DNA from: the human T2T-CHM13v2.0 reference genome, Homo sapiens
Direction: 5' to 3' (one strand)
Length of the DNA: 64,000 nt
Assembly (NCBI RefSeq): GCF_009914755.1
Contig: NC_060925.1
Within the stretch, counting starts at the first letter, position 1. Each line of letters begins with the position of its first letter. The notes beneath the pieces were generated by a model. It saw only the letters and a list, made by a program, of their open reading frames with translations. It ran no database searches and had not been told where the DNA came from. Shown here in pieces: positions 1-13,383 of this stretch. A program made the position numbers and the translations under genes.

Positions 1-1115
1 TAGGGGTGGGAGAAATTAGACTAGATCTAAAACAAGCAAAACTATAGAACTACAAATAAGGGCACGTTGTACGTGAAAAATGCAAAGTGTTATTTTCTGC
101 TCTGTGTTCGTCTTCTCCCCGTGACCCATGATCCCTACTGAATGATCCCTGCCTGCAAAGAAACCAATCAGCAAGGGGAGGTTTATGAGAGCTGGTGAAA
201 TTTTGAACAGGTCCATGCATTTTAAATTTATCTGCATAGTCTAATATCACTGCAACACCACACTCTGTCTCCAACTAGTTATTTTTTTTACCACGTCACC
301 AAAACAACAGCAGTATAGCTATAGCAATGGGCAGCCTGAAAGGGCTAGGCCAATCACCAAATATCTTTTTTCCTGGCAAGCAGACAAATAAGGCATTCTT
401 CCAGGGGCCTAGAATCCACATCAGTGTTAAATAAATTGGTCAGGTCTACTAGAACAGTCGGAAAACAACAATACCATGCTACTTTGCATTGTAATGGCAA
501 AAGGATCAGGATGGATTTGCTAAAAGTTCACATTACATGGGCAAAAGGCAGGAGTCAAGATAGAAAATAAATTGATATGTGGAAAGGGATTATGATCAGC
601 CAGTGTCTAGTTACTCTGAATCAAAACAACACGGTCATGCAAAGAGTAGCTGGGACTGCTGAGGACTCCATTTAGAGTATGTAATTATATTTCTCCAAAG
701 TATGATTTACATATTAAGCAAACGTTTTAAATGTTCCATGAATCAGGCTATCAAAAGCCAACTGTTGACCTTGTGTGTTACCCTTTAGAAAGAGCCAGAA
801 CATATGGTTGGTCCAGAAATCTAGGATACTGGAAAAGAGGGATGGATATACTCATCATACTCATCAAGACAGACCTTGCAAGATAACCTGAACAAAATTG
901 TGCCTAACCAACTCTTTAAAGAAATAGCTCTAACATTTGAGTCCCAAAGTAAAATACTTCATAAGCTCCTCATGGTAACTATTTCAATTGATCCCAACTC
1001 TTCAGAGCCAGTAATAAAGAAAATGAGGCAGTCAGAGTCATCCAGCACCCTGACCCCAGGAGGAATGTATTATTGATTACTACAGATATGCCCAGTTTTC
1101 TAAATTCATGTATTC

Positions 1116-1540
1116 TTTCATTTAGCAAACATTTATTTTAACATCCACTCTGTGCTCTATAGTAGAGACTGGGAAACAAAAATAACAACAAAAAAAGACA
1201 TGATTCCTGACAGACATAAAAGTAAACAGTTATAACACAATTAGATAACATCTATGAAATAAAAAGATGTATAACAGAAATAGTTACTATCTGTGGCAAG
1301 CAGACTAGGTGATTTAGGGCCAGATTATTGACATTATTTACATACGATAAAAAAGAAGTGAGAGCCAGGGACAAGTGTCTTAATATTCCTGAGAAGCTGA
1401 GGGAAGACTCTTCAGAGGAGATGACATTTAACTTTTCCAGAAAGGCGTGCGGGGCTGGGAGGATCTCATACAGAGGGGACCGCATATCCAAAGGCATGGA
1501 GACATGAAAAAATATGGGGCATACAAGCAAATACTAGTAA
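1116..1540 (-). mobile_element. L2 LINE 3' fragment
   Basis: Begins TTCATTTAGCAAACATTTATT..CTCTGTGC, the reverse complement of the L2 3' end. Followed by typical L2 purine-rich sequence (GGGAAGACTCTTCAGAGGAGATGACATTT; CAAAGGCATGGAG). Confidence 0.7.
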
Positions 1541-1992
1541 ATAAGAGGCTTCTTGAGGAACTCAGCAAAGTGACAAGCCTGATAAATAGCACCTCCCACT
1601 AAGGAGATGACAAGTGATTCTATAGCCCTCTGCCCTGATTGCTCTTCTCCAGCGGGAGGCATTGATGGCCCAGCCCACCTCCTGCAGATCTGTATGTAAC
1701 CTCCCCACACCTCCCTTCCTTCTGTGCGTGTTCTGCATCCCTCCCACACTGATGATCCATCCCGATAGGAGTGACAACCTGCACTCCAGCTTTCCAGCCA
1801 GTGACCAGACCCAGGCCAAGCAGCGCTGCCACAAGATCGGTCTCCACTTAGACCCTGGACCACAGCCAGCCAGGAGTAAACACCCTCCAAGGTCCAAAGG
1901 TCCAAGCATATTTCACTGCTGCTATGTCTACCTTACTCCTAGATACTTATGATTTCTGCTGACTAGAAACACAGCATTTTGAGATATGGTCT

Positions 1993-2158
1993 GTTGCAGT
2001 GGAAATAACACTGAATTAGAAGAAAGAAGACCTAGGGATCTCTGAGGGTCTACCCTTAGTCAGCCATGGTACTTCTTCCAGGTTTCTTAATCTCTCTGGA
2101 CCTCAGTTTCCACGTCATTAGGATTAGAGTAGGTGACTTCCAAGGCCCTTTCCAGCTG
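1993..2158 (+). mobile_element. MIR (MIR3/MIRc-like) SINE
   Basis: MIR core TCTCTCTGGACCTCAGTTTCC and MIR3-type tail AAGGCCCTTTCCAGCT. Confidence 0.65.
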
Positions 2159-2257
2159 TTTCTCTGAATTATTGCTACTCAGGGGATACGATGGGTAGAA
2201 GCTGCTACCATAATTACAATTCAGCCAGACTGTGTGTCATGGAAGATTATTCTAGAA

Positions 2258-2456
2258 TATGAGCTGGCAAACTACAGTCCATGGGCTATATCTGGCCTGC
2301 AGGCCATTTCTATATAGCCCGCAAGCTGAGAATGGTTTCTACATTTTTAAAAGGATTATAAATAAAACAAGAATATGTGGCAGAGACTATATGTGGCTCA
2401 CAAAGTCGAGCATGTTTACTATCTGGCCCTTTACAGAAAAAATTTGCTAACCCCAG
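2258..2456 (+). mobile_element. MER58-family hAT-Charlie MITE (short, MER58C-like)
   Basis: Termini ..GCTGGCAAACTAC and ..ATCTGGCCCTTTACAGAAAAAATTTGCTAACCCCAG match MER58. Perfect 8-bp TSD TTCTAGAA at 2250-2257 and 2457-2464. Confidence 0.85.
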
Positions 2457-2659
2457 TTCTAGAACACTCAGAAACTGTTCAGATTGGAGGCCTTAGCTAT
2501 TTGATACTCTGCAGCAAAACATTGTTTACTAACTCTGCATAGGCAGATTAAAGAAGTTTTATACATTCTTCTCATTGAGGGGTGAGCCTGTGTCCCTTCC
2601 TCTTGGTTCTGGGTAGGCCCTGGGACTGCTTTGTCCTGTGGAATATTGGAAAGTTGTAT

Positions 2660-2985
2660 TCATCCAGTTTTGAGGCCCAGGCCTTGAGAAATGGGCAGTT
2701 TCTCCACCATGTTTCCTGGAATACTGTCTCTGGGAGCCTCGAGTTGCATCCCCAATATGGAGACAGACATGTAATGTGAAGCCTTCTTGGACCCTTCCAG
2801 ACCAGCTTGTCTGCCAGCTGAATACTTCAAGGGGCCTCAATCAGCACCACATGGAACAGAAGAATTGTCCAGTTATCTTCTGCCCAAATTTCTGACCACA
2901 GAATCTTGAGATAAAACAAAATGGTGGTTGCTTTGAGCCTTTAAGGTTTGGGGTAGTTTGTTACACAGCATCAGATAACTGGGCA
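2660..2985 (+). mobile_element. Old MLT1 (MaLR) LTR, 3' part (MLT1H/I/J-like)
   Basis: MLT1 3' end: CCCAAATTTCTGACCACAGAATC..GGTTTGGGGTAGTTTGTTACACAGCATCAGATAACTG. Left boundary approximate. Confidence 0.7.
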
Positions 2986-3439
2986 GGATCACAGTGTGAG
3001 GTATATGTGAAATAGACACCAGGCACTCCTCTGTCTGTCGTGGGTGGAGCCCTAGATCTGAATTTTACTAAGTGCCTCTACATAATTCATAGTTTCAAAC
3101 AAGACTGGGAATGCGTCTTTATCCTGTCTTGGTTCTTGTAGCATGATTCTCCAGGACATGCGTGGGATTGTGGAAAGAGCACCTAAATTCTTCCATGGTA
3201 CCTCCTAGGAAATCTAGGCACAATCGGGATCTGCTCATAGCCTACTCCCTAGTGCTATTCGCCCCCCAAATATGAAGCTTCTTCTTCAAAAAGAACACTC
3301 CTAGAGTCACTGTAGGGGCCAAATTGATTGTGAGATATTTGAAGGCCAAGGTTCGGTGGTATTCGTCATCATATCCCTAGCACCTAGCCAGTCACAAAGT
3401 AGTTGTTCACTACATGCTTATGATTGAAAGTAAATAATG

Positions 3440-3655
3440 ATAATAGCCATAAATTTAATGATCCTTTACCTCACATTAGCATAGTAGTAAATGTTTTGTA
3501 TGGATTTTCTCATTTACTCTTCACAACAATCCCAACAGGTAGATGCCATTAGTCTTATGTTAGAAATAGCAAAACTGAAGTTCAGGGGATGAATCTGCAC
3601 AAGGTAGCTGGTAGAGCAGGTATTCTGTTTGACTTGAGTGCTTTTAACCACTCCA
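3440..3655 (-). mobile_element. MIR SINE
   Basis: Reverse-complement MIR: TCTCATTTACTCTTCACAACAATCC..GCAAAACTGAAGTTCAG..GTGCTTTTAACCACT. Confidence 0.65.
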
Positions 3656-3817
3656 CGGTACTCCCTCTCACAGGTGAGGTATCCATAGTCCCTGCCTTTG
3701 AGGGGCTCCAAATCTGGGGGAGCCAGAACACAACTGCACACATGAAAACATTTTGCAGAGCAGATTATGTAAGTGGCTCAGCTCTGTCAGCAGAGTTCTG
3801 CAGGGATCTTTGAGAGC

Positions 3818-4728
<911 letters not shown>

Positions 4729-5744
4729 AAAGCACAGAGCAAGGACTGACTGACAAATAGAAGCTGCTCCACAGGTTTGTTCTCTTGCAGAGACTTTATC
4801 TGCTTCTCTATTCAGAGGCCCCAGTGGAGAGGGATGCGTTCTGGAACCTTAAGGCAGATGATTATACAATACATCTTAATCTGAGAGTGGGGTTTGGAGA
4901 GGAGGGGTGCAAGGCCCATAAAACAATGACTCTGCATGTTAATGTGCTGTACAAAGGTAGAGAGGCTGCAAATTGTGGTACCCCATGCTGGTTCCCCAAC
5001 TTTCTCCTCTTAATAAGGTCTCTGTGGAGAGGATTTGCCCCAGAGGGTGCGAGCTGGGCAGGGTCTGGGTTTGTCTTTCTCCACAGCCCTATGTTCTCAG
5101 CAGAATCTGCTGCTTTTGCAATCGGAGTTGATTACTGAATAATGAATTATCATTCTTTTTTCATTTTCTAGCCCTTTTCAGAAGTGTGCTGCTATTTTTC
5201 TACTTATTGAGTCTCAAAATGGAAAGCAAAGAAGATTTTTCTCTTAGAGGCGGGGAAAACACAATCTTAACAACCCCATTTTGGTCCTGCAGGTGAGAGT
5301 AATAATTGTTTTAATTAATTCAGTTTCTGATTTGGAGTAATTTAATTTCTTCCTTGACTGGTCAATAACATGTCTAATGAAGCGAGTTTCTTTGGAAAAT
5401 ACCAGGCAGGGCCACTTGGTCAGATCAAAGAAGTTCTTGCCTTCCTGGAGGGCTGCTTCCTCCCTGCTGGGCAGGGTGAGGACATGAAGGGGTATCTGGA
5501 AATGGGTGTTCCACTCAAGGAGAATAGAGCCACACCTGTGTCAGAGAACAGAGGCTTGCTCCAAAGCCTTCATGGGGTTGCGCTGGAGAGCTGCCTCACA
5601 CATCACAAGTCGTGGGAGTTCTATAATGTGAGATTTGTTTTCCTGGGAAGGAGGCTGCATCCAGCCTGCCTCTCACATCCACTGTGAAAGAGGAGGTCAG
5701 TGCACTAAGGGCAGGTGGCCACAGATGAGAAAGGACAATGTCAC

Positions 5745-6148
5745 TGTGTTAGTCAGCTGTATTAGGCTCACTAACAAAGTAGGGAAACAACAGAAATTTA
5801 TCTTCTCACCATTCTGAAGGCTGGAAGTCCAAGATCAAGGTGCCAGAAGGGTTGGTGTCTGGTAAGGTCTCTCCTTGGCTTGCAGAGGGCTGCCCTCTTC
5901 CCGCGTCCTCATAGGTCGGCCCTCTGTCTGTGTGTTGTTTATATCTTAAACTCCTCTTTTTATAAGGACCCAGCCATATTGGACTGGGGCTCTTCCATAT
6001 GACTTCATTTTGCCTTAATCACCTCTTTACAGACTGTGTCTCCAAATACAGTAACATTCTGTGGTAGAGGGTTAGGACTTCAGTGTGTGACTTTTTTTTT
6101 TTTTTTTTTTTTGAGGCAGGCAGGGGAAACACAATTCAGCCCCTAGCA
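5745..6148 (-). mobile_element. MLT1B-like MaLR solo LTR
   Basis: TG...CA termini. Diagnostic GGCTGGAAGTCCAAGATCAAGGTGCCAG and TCTCCAAATACAGTAACATTCTG. Perfect 5-bp TSD GTCAC (5740-5744, 6149-6153). Confidence 0.88.
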
Positions 6149-6399
6149 GTCACCCCCACAGACACTGGAATGAGGAAACCTAGAGTTCTTGGACAGCAAA
6201 GTAAGCAGAAACAGCTCGGAGGTTACTTCCTTAAAACTGACCTGTGACCCAGCAACAGGCCTTAAGTTACCACATTCCAAAGTGCCTGTGGGGAGAAACG
6301 GCGCAGCTGGGACTCTGTGCTGTGGCAGCCTAAGCGAACCTCTTCACGGGCTAATGACAAGTAAGAAAGGAGAGTGGAGCCTCTGCTGCTGGGATTTTA

Positions 6400-6856
6400 G
6401 TGTGTTTGTGAAAGGGTGTGTCTGTGTGTGTATGTGTGTGAACAAGTGAGCATGCATGTAGGAGAGTGTGTAAGGAAGTGTGAGTGTTGTGTGTATAAGG
6501 GTGTGTGTGAAAGTGTGTACATGAGTGGTGTGTGAGTGTGTGTGTGGGTGTTGTGTGAATGAGAGTGTTGTGTGTGTGCTGTGAGTGAATGTGAGTGTTA
6601 TGTGAGTGAATAAGTGTGCATTGTGTGTGCTATGTGAGTGTGAGTGTTGTGTGTGAATGTGTGTGAATTGTGTATGTGCTATGTGTGTGTTGTGTGAATG
6701 AATATGTGTGAGTGTTGTGTGTGTGTTTGAGTAAATGAGTATTGTGAGTGCTGTGTGAGTTTGTGTATTGTGTGAGCGTAGTGTGAGTGAATAAGTGTGT
6801 GTGCATTGTGTGGGTGTGAGTGTTGTGTGTGTGACAGAGTGTGTGTGTGTGTGTGG
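6400..6856. repeat. Long degenerate (TG)n/(GTGA)n low-complexity tract
   Basis: About 450 bp of TG/GTGA/TTGTG units, ending in a pure (TG)n run. Confidence 0.95.
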
Positions 6857-7399
6857 TGCTAGGAGGAATCGTGACAGTGGCCAGGTTGCCTGAATTACCT
6901 TTCCACCTTTACCACAGATTACTGGGGAGGGCAGGAGGCAGGGCAAGGCATCTGCAATGAGGAGCACCCAGGTGTTCATGTGAGAGAGCAACACAGGAAA
7001 AAAAAAAAAGCCTTCAGTCCCGTCAAGGGAAAGAAATGCACAGATCTAGATGCTAATATTCAGGTAGAAGCTGCAAGATTTTGATATTGCAGGCAGTTTG
7101 CAAAATCATTTATTTTAGATAAACATTTGCTCATTCTATTGCTCACAGACCATAGGTTCTCCTGAATCTCTCTCACTGGAGGGTCAATACCAGATTTTTC
7201 AAACATTAATGAGTACTATCTAGATCTCATGCTTCTCTCAAATTTATTCATCCCAAGTGTATCCCTCCATTCCCTTGTCCTGAAATTTTATAAAATTCCC
7301 CAGGAGAAGGAACAGCTCATTTACTCAGCACGTATTTCTTCACATCCCTCCTCTAGGTGGGCTTGGGTTTTCTCCTTGGCACTCATCACTGGGTAACAC

Positions 7400-8420
7400 A
7401 GTATGTTTTTACTATTTATCTGGTTTACTCCCTGGCTCCCATACCACCGTGTATGCTCCATGAGGGCAGATAATTGTCCCCCATGGTGTTTCACTGCTAC
7501 ATCTCTAGGGCCTTAAATACTGCCTGATACAGAATAGATGATTTAGAAATATTTGTTCAGTGAATGAGTGTATTTAATGAAAATCTAATATGCTCTAGAC
7601 ATTCTGCTAAGGGCTAGAGAGAAGAAAATAAATGAGATCTGGGCCCTTTCTTCAATTCCCTTGTTGGTGGTAGGATCAGAACTGCATGCAAATGATGGGA
7701 GTACAGGTGATAAAGAGCCAGCAGAGGTCTATGAGGTCTTCGGAGAGTGATGTGGGAAGGGGAGGGGTGTGCTTTGCATTGAGCCAAGGAGACAGCAACC
7801 TAGGAAAGATGTCACAGTAAGCCGGTACTTTCAGGACAACTTGAACTTTCCTGGCACAAACAGAGCTTGCAGGTGCAGGAGTGAAGTAAGGGGAAGTCTG
7901 GGAAAGGGCACGGGGGTGTGAGGGCGCTGATGTGGAAACAGTATAGCATCAGCAAGGAGCTGCACAATCTAGTGTGCAGGACGTTTTGTGTATAGATCAA
8001 AGGGGAGAAGAGAAGACACCAAAATATCAGGGCTGAATGTCAGCTAGGGATTGGGAATTTTGTTTCATAGGAGCCTTGGAAGATTTGTTTTTAATATTTC
8101 AAGCCTATTAGTAACATGATCAAATTGGGAGTTGTGGTAGAATAAAGGAGAAATGGGACAGGAAGAGACTAGAGGCTGAAATGAGTTAGGAAAGCCCTGC
8201 AATAGACCTAGAAGGGCAGGGGAGGGGGAGAAGTGGGCATGGAGTCAACACTGAGAAAGCAGAAGCGACTGATCCGGTGATTAAAAAAGGCAAAGGAGAG
8301 AAGAAGCCAGTGGGGATTAGGAGGAATCTGCACCTCCAGCTTGAGCAACTGGGTTAACAGTGGCACCATCCATTCATACGCAGAATGGAGAAAAATGGGA
8401 GGTATAATAGGACGCAATTT
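7400..8420. mobile_element. L2 fragments (a + strand 3' end at ~7400-7570 abutting a minus-strand L2)
   Basis: GCTCCATGAGGGCAG..ATATTTGTTCAGTGAATGA (L2 3' end), then antisense L2 motifs (GTGGCACCATCCATTC; AGACTAGAGGC). Confidence 0.6.
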
Positions 8421-8857
8421 GAAATGCGCACACACTGTTGAGGGAACCACGTGAGTCTTTAAGAAGTATTTCCTGTCCTTGGAGTCTGCAGAAGCCTTGG
8501 GATTGTCATCATCTCCAAAATGAACCAGGAATAATATCATTTTTTGCCTCAATCATCCTTTCCTGCCTCTCAATCCACCTTCCTCTGTACGTACCAAACT
8601 GTTCCTTCTGCTCTGCCTTTTCGAGTTGTGCTTGTTTCCCTGCTGATCATGTGTACCCTTACTATAAAGCTAGCATTATCTCCACATTTTGTTGCCTCAA
8701 AACTGAACACAAGCATAGCCAAGGCACCAAGGAGACACCACTAGCTGTTTGTTGACTTGAACTACACAGAGCTAAAGATTCAAAGGAGAGAAAGCCTTTC
8801 TGTAGTTTTTGTATATATTTAAAACTTTCTTAGCTTAGTAGCTGTTGGGAAGTTTAG

Positions 8858-8859
<2 letters not shown>

Positions 8860-8893
<34 letters not shown>
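8860..8893. repeat. (CA)n microsatellite
   Basis: Pure CA run of about 17 units. Confidence 0.97.
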
Positions 8894-8897
<4 letters not shown>

Positions 8898-10577
8898 AAA
8901 TAAAAATAAAAGCAGGGCGGCTCCTGCTTGGGAGAGACCTTGCCCTTCTCTTTTCTTTGCATATTTAGCTAATTGTCATTATTAGAACCCCACCTTCCAG
9001 GCAAGCTGGTAGCAGCACCCAGAGGTTTAAAAATTGTTGGGAAGGTGGGGAGACGAGATGGCATCACTCTTCTGTGTCAGACAGGGACTCTGAGTAAGCA
9101 CAAGTAACAAGGAGACCTTGAGATCAGGGCAGCTTCTGTGAAGAGTGGGCAGGCAAGCTCAGCCCTGGCAACACCTGGGCACATGACTCTTTCCTAAGTC
9201 ATAGGAGGCTCCCACTGAGAGAGAGACTGTCTTCTCAGATGGTCCATTACTGCAGGATTACAATCGTAAGAATTAGCTTAGATCCCTTATGAGAGGGACC
9301 AGATTGAAGACAATATGCTGCTTAGTTTCCCTAGTTCTCTTCCGTTGCAAACAAGGCTCTAAAAATGCTCTGCAGAACTAAGTCATGAATCATGTAGGAG
9401 AGAGCAGGAAAGTCTAGGATGAAGGAGGAACTGCTACCAAAAAAATGAAAACAAACCACAGGATGGGGACTCAATGGCAGGAACTGAAGGGTAAAAGATC
9501 CTGTAGCAGGAGTCCCACGGATGTGTACAGAGAGATGAGGGAAAGAAGCCTGAGAATGGAGAAAATTGGGGAAAGGAGCAATAAGAGTTGCCAGAACATT
9601 GTCCTATGAATTGTGAAGTAGTCCTAAGACAGGTAGATTCACACAGCTGGTGGATTCACATACCTGGGTGGGCACACGGAGAGTTATTTGCAGACATAGA
9701 TCAAGCTAGTCTCTAGCACCACCCCGGCTCCCCGACCTTCCCTTCTGGCACTGAGGTCATTGGCATCCCAGAGAGGACCAGTGGTCTCAGTCTTCTGACT
9801 TGGGATCACAAAGGCAAAACTCTAGAGGCCTCATGCAGGTTATGTAAGTTGAGTGAACCCAACTAGGTATAGGAAAAATCATCCACCTGGATCTCACTAT
9901 TGATAGAAACCTGGATACAGAAAAATATGTCTTGACCATCAGGGAATCTGCAGTGTGAGGGGATGACAAAAGGGACTGGCAGTCAACCACAATGTCAGAA
10001 GACAATGGGGTGTGGTGGGCTAGGTAGTACACAAGGGGGTCTGTGCCAAGCTGAAGGGTAGGGTCACCCTCCTACAACGCATCATCAGCATTGGAGACTG
10101 CGTGTCCAGTGCCTGTTACATATGATTTTTGAGAGAAGCTATACTAATTTTTATATGATGTCTGCCAACTTAAAAATATTCAGATTTTTAGATGTTACAA
10201 TTGATATACACAGGCACGTTGCATTCAGCCTGCAAGCAGTCAATTTAAAATCCCTGCTCCACTCCAATCTTTCTCATTTTGTATATGGGGAAACAGGCCC
10301 ATAGAGATGTCTTGCCCTCTGTTGCACTGTGAATTGGGGCAAAGACCACATCTAGAGCCTAGGTCTCCCCAAACCCAGGCCTCCTGCATCTCCTATTGTT
10401 TCAGCTTGTTTCTCTGGTTTCCTCAGCCTTACTCCCCACTCTCAGAATCTGTTTTGGCCTCGTATGCTGCCCCCTGGTCGTCAATAACATCACTGCATTA
10501 TTCCACTCAGCATCCTGTGTACCACACATGTACACCTGCCCCCAAAAAGTCAACAAAAAACTTAATCCTTCAGGACC

Positions 10578-11025
10578 TGTAGTGAGTTGAGTTGTTCACA
10601 TTCCCACAAACATGTTCACATCCTAATCCCAGAACCTGTGAATGCTAGTTTATTTGGAAAAAGAGTCTTTGCCGAGGTAATTAAGTTAAAGATGTCGAGA
10701 TGAGGACGTCATTCTGAGTTAAATGAGCAGGTCCTAAGTGAGTGGTGTCCTTATAAGAGGAAGAGCACAGACAGAAGAGGAGGAGGTAATGTGTCCCTGG
10801 ATGCAGAGATTGCAGTGATGTGGGCATAAGTCAAGCAAGTCAGCAGCCACCAGAAGGTGGAAGAGGAAAATAATAGATTTTCCCTCAGGGCCTCCAGAGG
10901 AGGCACAATCCTGCCAACAGGTTGATTTCAGACTTCTGGCCCCCAAAACTTTGCAAGAGCTAACTTTTGTTTTAAGCCACCTGGTTTATTATAATTTGTT
11001 ACAGAAGCCACAGGAAACTAATACA
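10578..11025 (+). mobile_element. MLT1B/C-like MaLR solo LTR
   Basis: TGTAGTGAGTTGA..CCTAATCCCAGAACCTGTGAATG..TTATTTGGAAAAAGAGTCTTTGC..TTTGTTACAGAAGCCACAGGAAACTAATACA. Confidence 0.88.
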
Positions 11026-12269
11026 GAATGCTTTCTTCTGCTAAGGGATAGGAATTTCCTGTGAGAGTAATAACAGTAATAACTACCATTTTGGGGACAT
11101 TTCATCTGTACCAGGTCCATATGTTTCCTACAGTCCTCATACCATTTTAAAAAATAGATGTTATCTCCTTCCTTACCCCTCTGCCCACCTATTACAGAAA
11201 CAGGGAAACAGACACCTAGAAGCCACATAGCTCCTAAGCAGTAGAGTCACGATTTGAACCCCAAGTTCTTTATTCTCACTACATTACCCATAGGGAACTC
11301 CCTCAAGTAAGCTTATATAACAGTGAACTTGCAAAGCTCCGAAGAGTGGCTCTTATGGTGGAAGTTTCCGTTCTAATAGGTCACTGTAGACATTTTTGTT
11401 TGACGATTACTACACTTCTAAGATTTAATATGTTAAGCTAAATTATGCCAATTAATATTAACAGAAAGAATCATGCTTGGTGCACAGCTCTGTGTCCTGG
11501 GCTCATGGTTGAGGCAGAGCTGTGCTAATGCACATGACTTTCAGTTGCAGGCATTGTTGGGCTGTGTCCTAAGGTGAATCAACATAAAGAAAAGCCCTGG
11601 CTGCTCGTGCACTGATAACTTCATCTTTTCGGACATCTGGGAACTACCGCCACAATGTCTGGAAAAAAAATGACTTCAAACTAATGCAGCAGAGGCAAAC
11701 CATGGTTTGGCCAAAAATGGAACAGAATTTACAAGGGAAAAGGGAAGTTCCTGGAGTAATATGGTGAGTAGATTCTGATCCAGAAAAATAAGACTTAAGT
11801 ATGGATTTTAAATGTTAAGCTTGAGTAGTTAGAGAATTAAAGTTAATCCCTTTAAGCCTCAATTTGCAAATCTGTAAAATGTAAAAATAGAAATAATATG
11901 TACATATTATATGGAACAGTTTCTGGCACATATTTGGTTCTCAGTGAATAGTGCTTATTAAATTATTGATGCTGTTGCTATGAATTGTGCTGAGCTCACT
12001 CTCTGCCTTATTATACAAAATTTTGACTAAAATATTCTGTAAGAGAATATCACAAAACCATCCCATCACTAGCTTATTTTTTTCTTTTTATAGTTATATT
12101 AAGAATTGCAATCCCACACCAGAAATAAGCACCCTTTCAAATTATCCTTTAAAATAACTTGTTGCAAGCATACATAAATTCACTTCACGTATAATATTTT
12201 TTCAATTGACTTAGAGTCTGTGAAATCAGACTTGTTAGAGGAAAAAAAATCTATAAAGGCTGCATTCAT

Positions 12270-13375
12270 TCATCCACCAGATATTTATGGAGGAACATCT
12301 CCAGAATCAATGCAAAGTGCATAATTGCCCTAAGAGCTATGGGTAAAATGCCATGGGATTATAAACGGAAAAACACAGAGAAGTTGGTTAATTAAAAAAT
12401 TAAGTGTAAATTCAGAAGAGAGAGAATTACTCTTCAGTAATACATGAGGTTGGGGAGGGAATAAGAGAAATGACAAAAAAGCACAACACAAGGGGAGGCT
12501 GTGTGAAGGCGGCTGACTTCTGATTGGATCCTAAAGGAGAGGTCATGTTTCATTGTGCAGAAAAAGGGCTTTCTAATCAAAAAAGAGACAGAAAAATTCT
12601 ACATGTCTAGGGAAAGCAGCAAATGAGTCTGCTTAATGGGGTAAAGGGTAAATAAAAGTGGATATTTGATTTGATATTGGAAAGGTAAGTAGGAGAGGCT
12701 TCAAATATAACCTGAGCATTGTGATCCTTAGTTGCTAGATTATGTGTGTCCTTAACAACCTTAGTCAATGACAGATATGATCAGAAATGGGTATTTTGCA
12801 ATTTAAGTGTGTAGTCTATGTTGGTGGGAATGAAGGCAGAGAGGATGGTTAGGAGACCATTTTAATAACCTAGATGAGAAGAGAATGAATGTTTAGTTGG
12901 GTGGATAAGAAGGGAGTGAAAGAAAACAGAGAGTTAGCTGAGAGACCACCGAATGATTAGATGTGCCAGGCTGAGGGGGAAAAAGTCAAGGATGACTCAC
13001 AAGTTTTAAATCTAAATGTCTAGGAAAATCTTCTGATAGTAACCTGAATAAAGAACATTGAACAGTGGCAAACTTTTCTGGAAAAACTGATATGCTTAGT
13101 TTGGTATGCATGAAGATGCCCATCATGGAAATAAAAAAAAAAAAATGAATTTAGAGAAAGTTTGGCCCTGAAGATTGAGAAGGATAAAGCTCTACATAAG
13201 ATAATAGTAAATAGCCTTGAGTGAGCTTAAGATTACTAGGAAGAACATAAGGAAAAAGAAAAGAAGGAGACATAGACAGACTCTTGAGGGCAACATCTAA
13301 TTTCATGTGGGTAGAAGTAAAATATCATGCTGAGAAAGGGCAATCTGGGAGTCAGGAAGAAAATAAAATTATTCC
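12270..13375 (-). mobile_element. L2 LINE fragments (highly diverged)
   Basis: CATTCATTCATCCACCAGATATTTATGG start. Internal L2 motifs GAAGGCAGAGAGGATGGTTAGGAGACCATT and AAGTCAAGGATGACTC. Confidence 0.6.
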
Positions 13376-13383
13376 AAGGGCTC

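Noticed and set aside
1534-1952. Overlapping 75-123 aa ORFs on both strands
   Set aside because: No recognisable domain or splice structure; locally GC-richer sequence lowers stop frequency.
6092-6120. Poly(T) followed by GAGGCAGG as a micro-truncated Alu
   Set aside because: Falls at a short T-run of the MLT1 LTR with no TSD; simple expansion is the simpler explanation.
6344-6994. 216-aa His/Thr-rich ORF
   Set aside because: Translation of the (CA)n-like strand of the low-complexity tract; no sign of a real gene.
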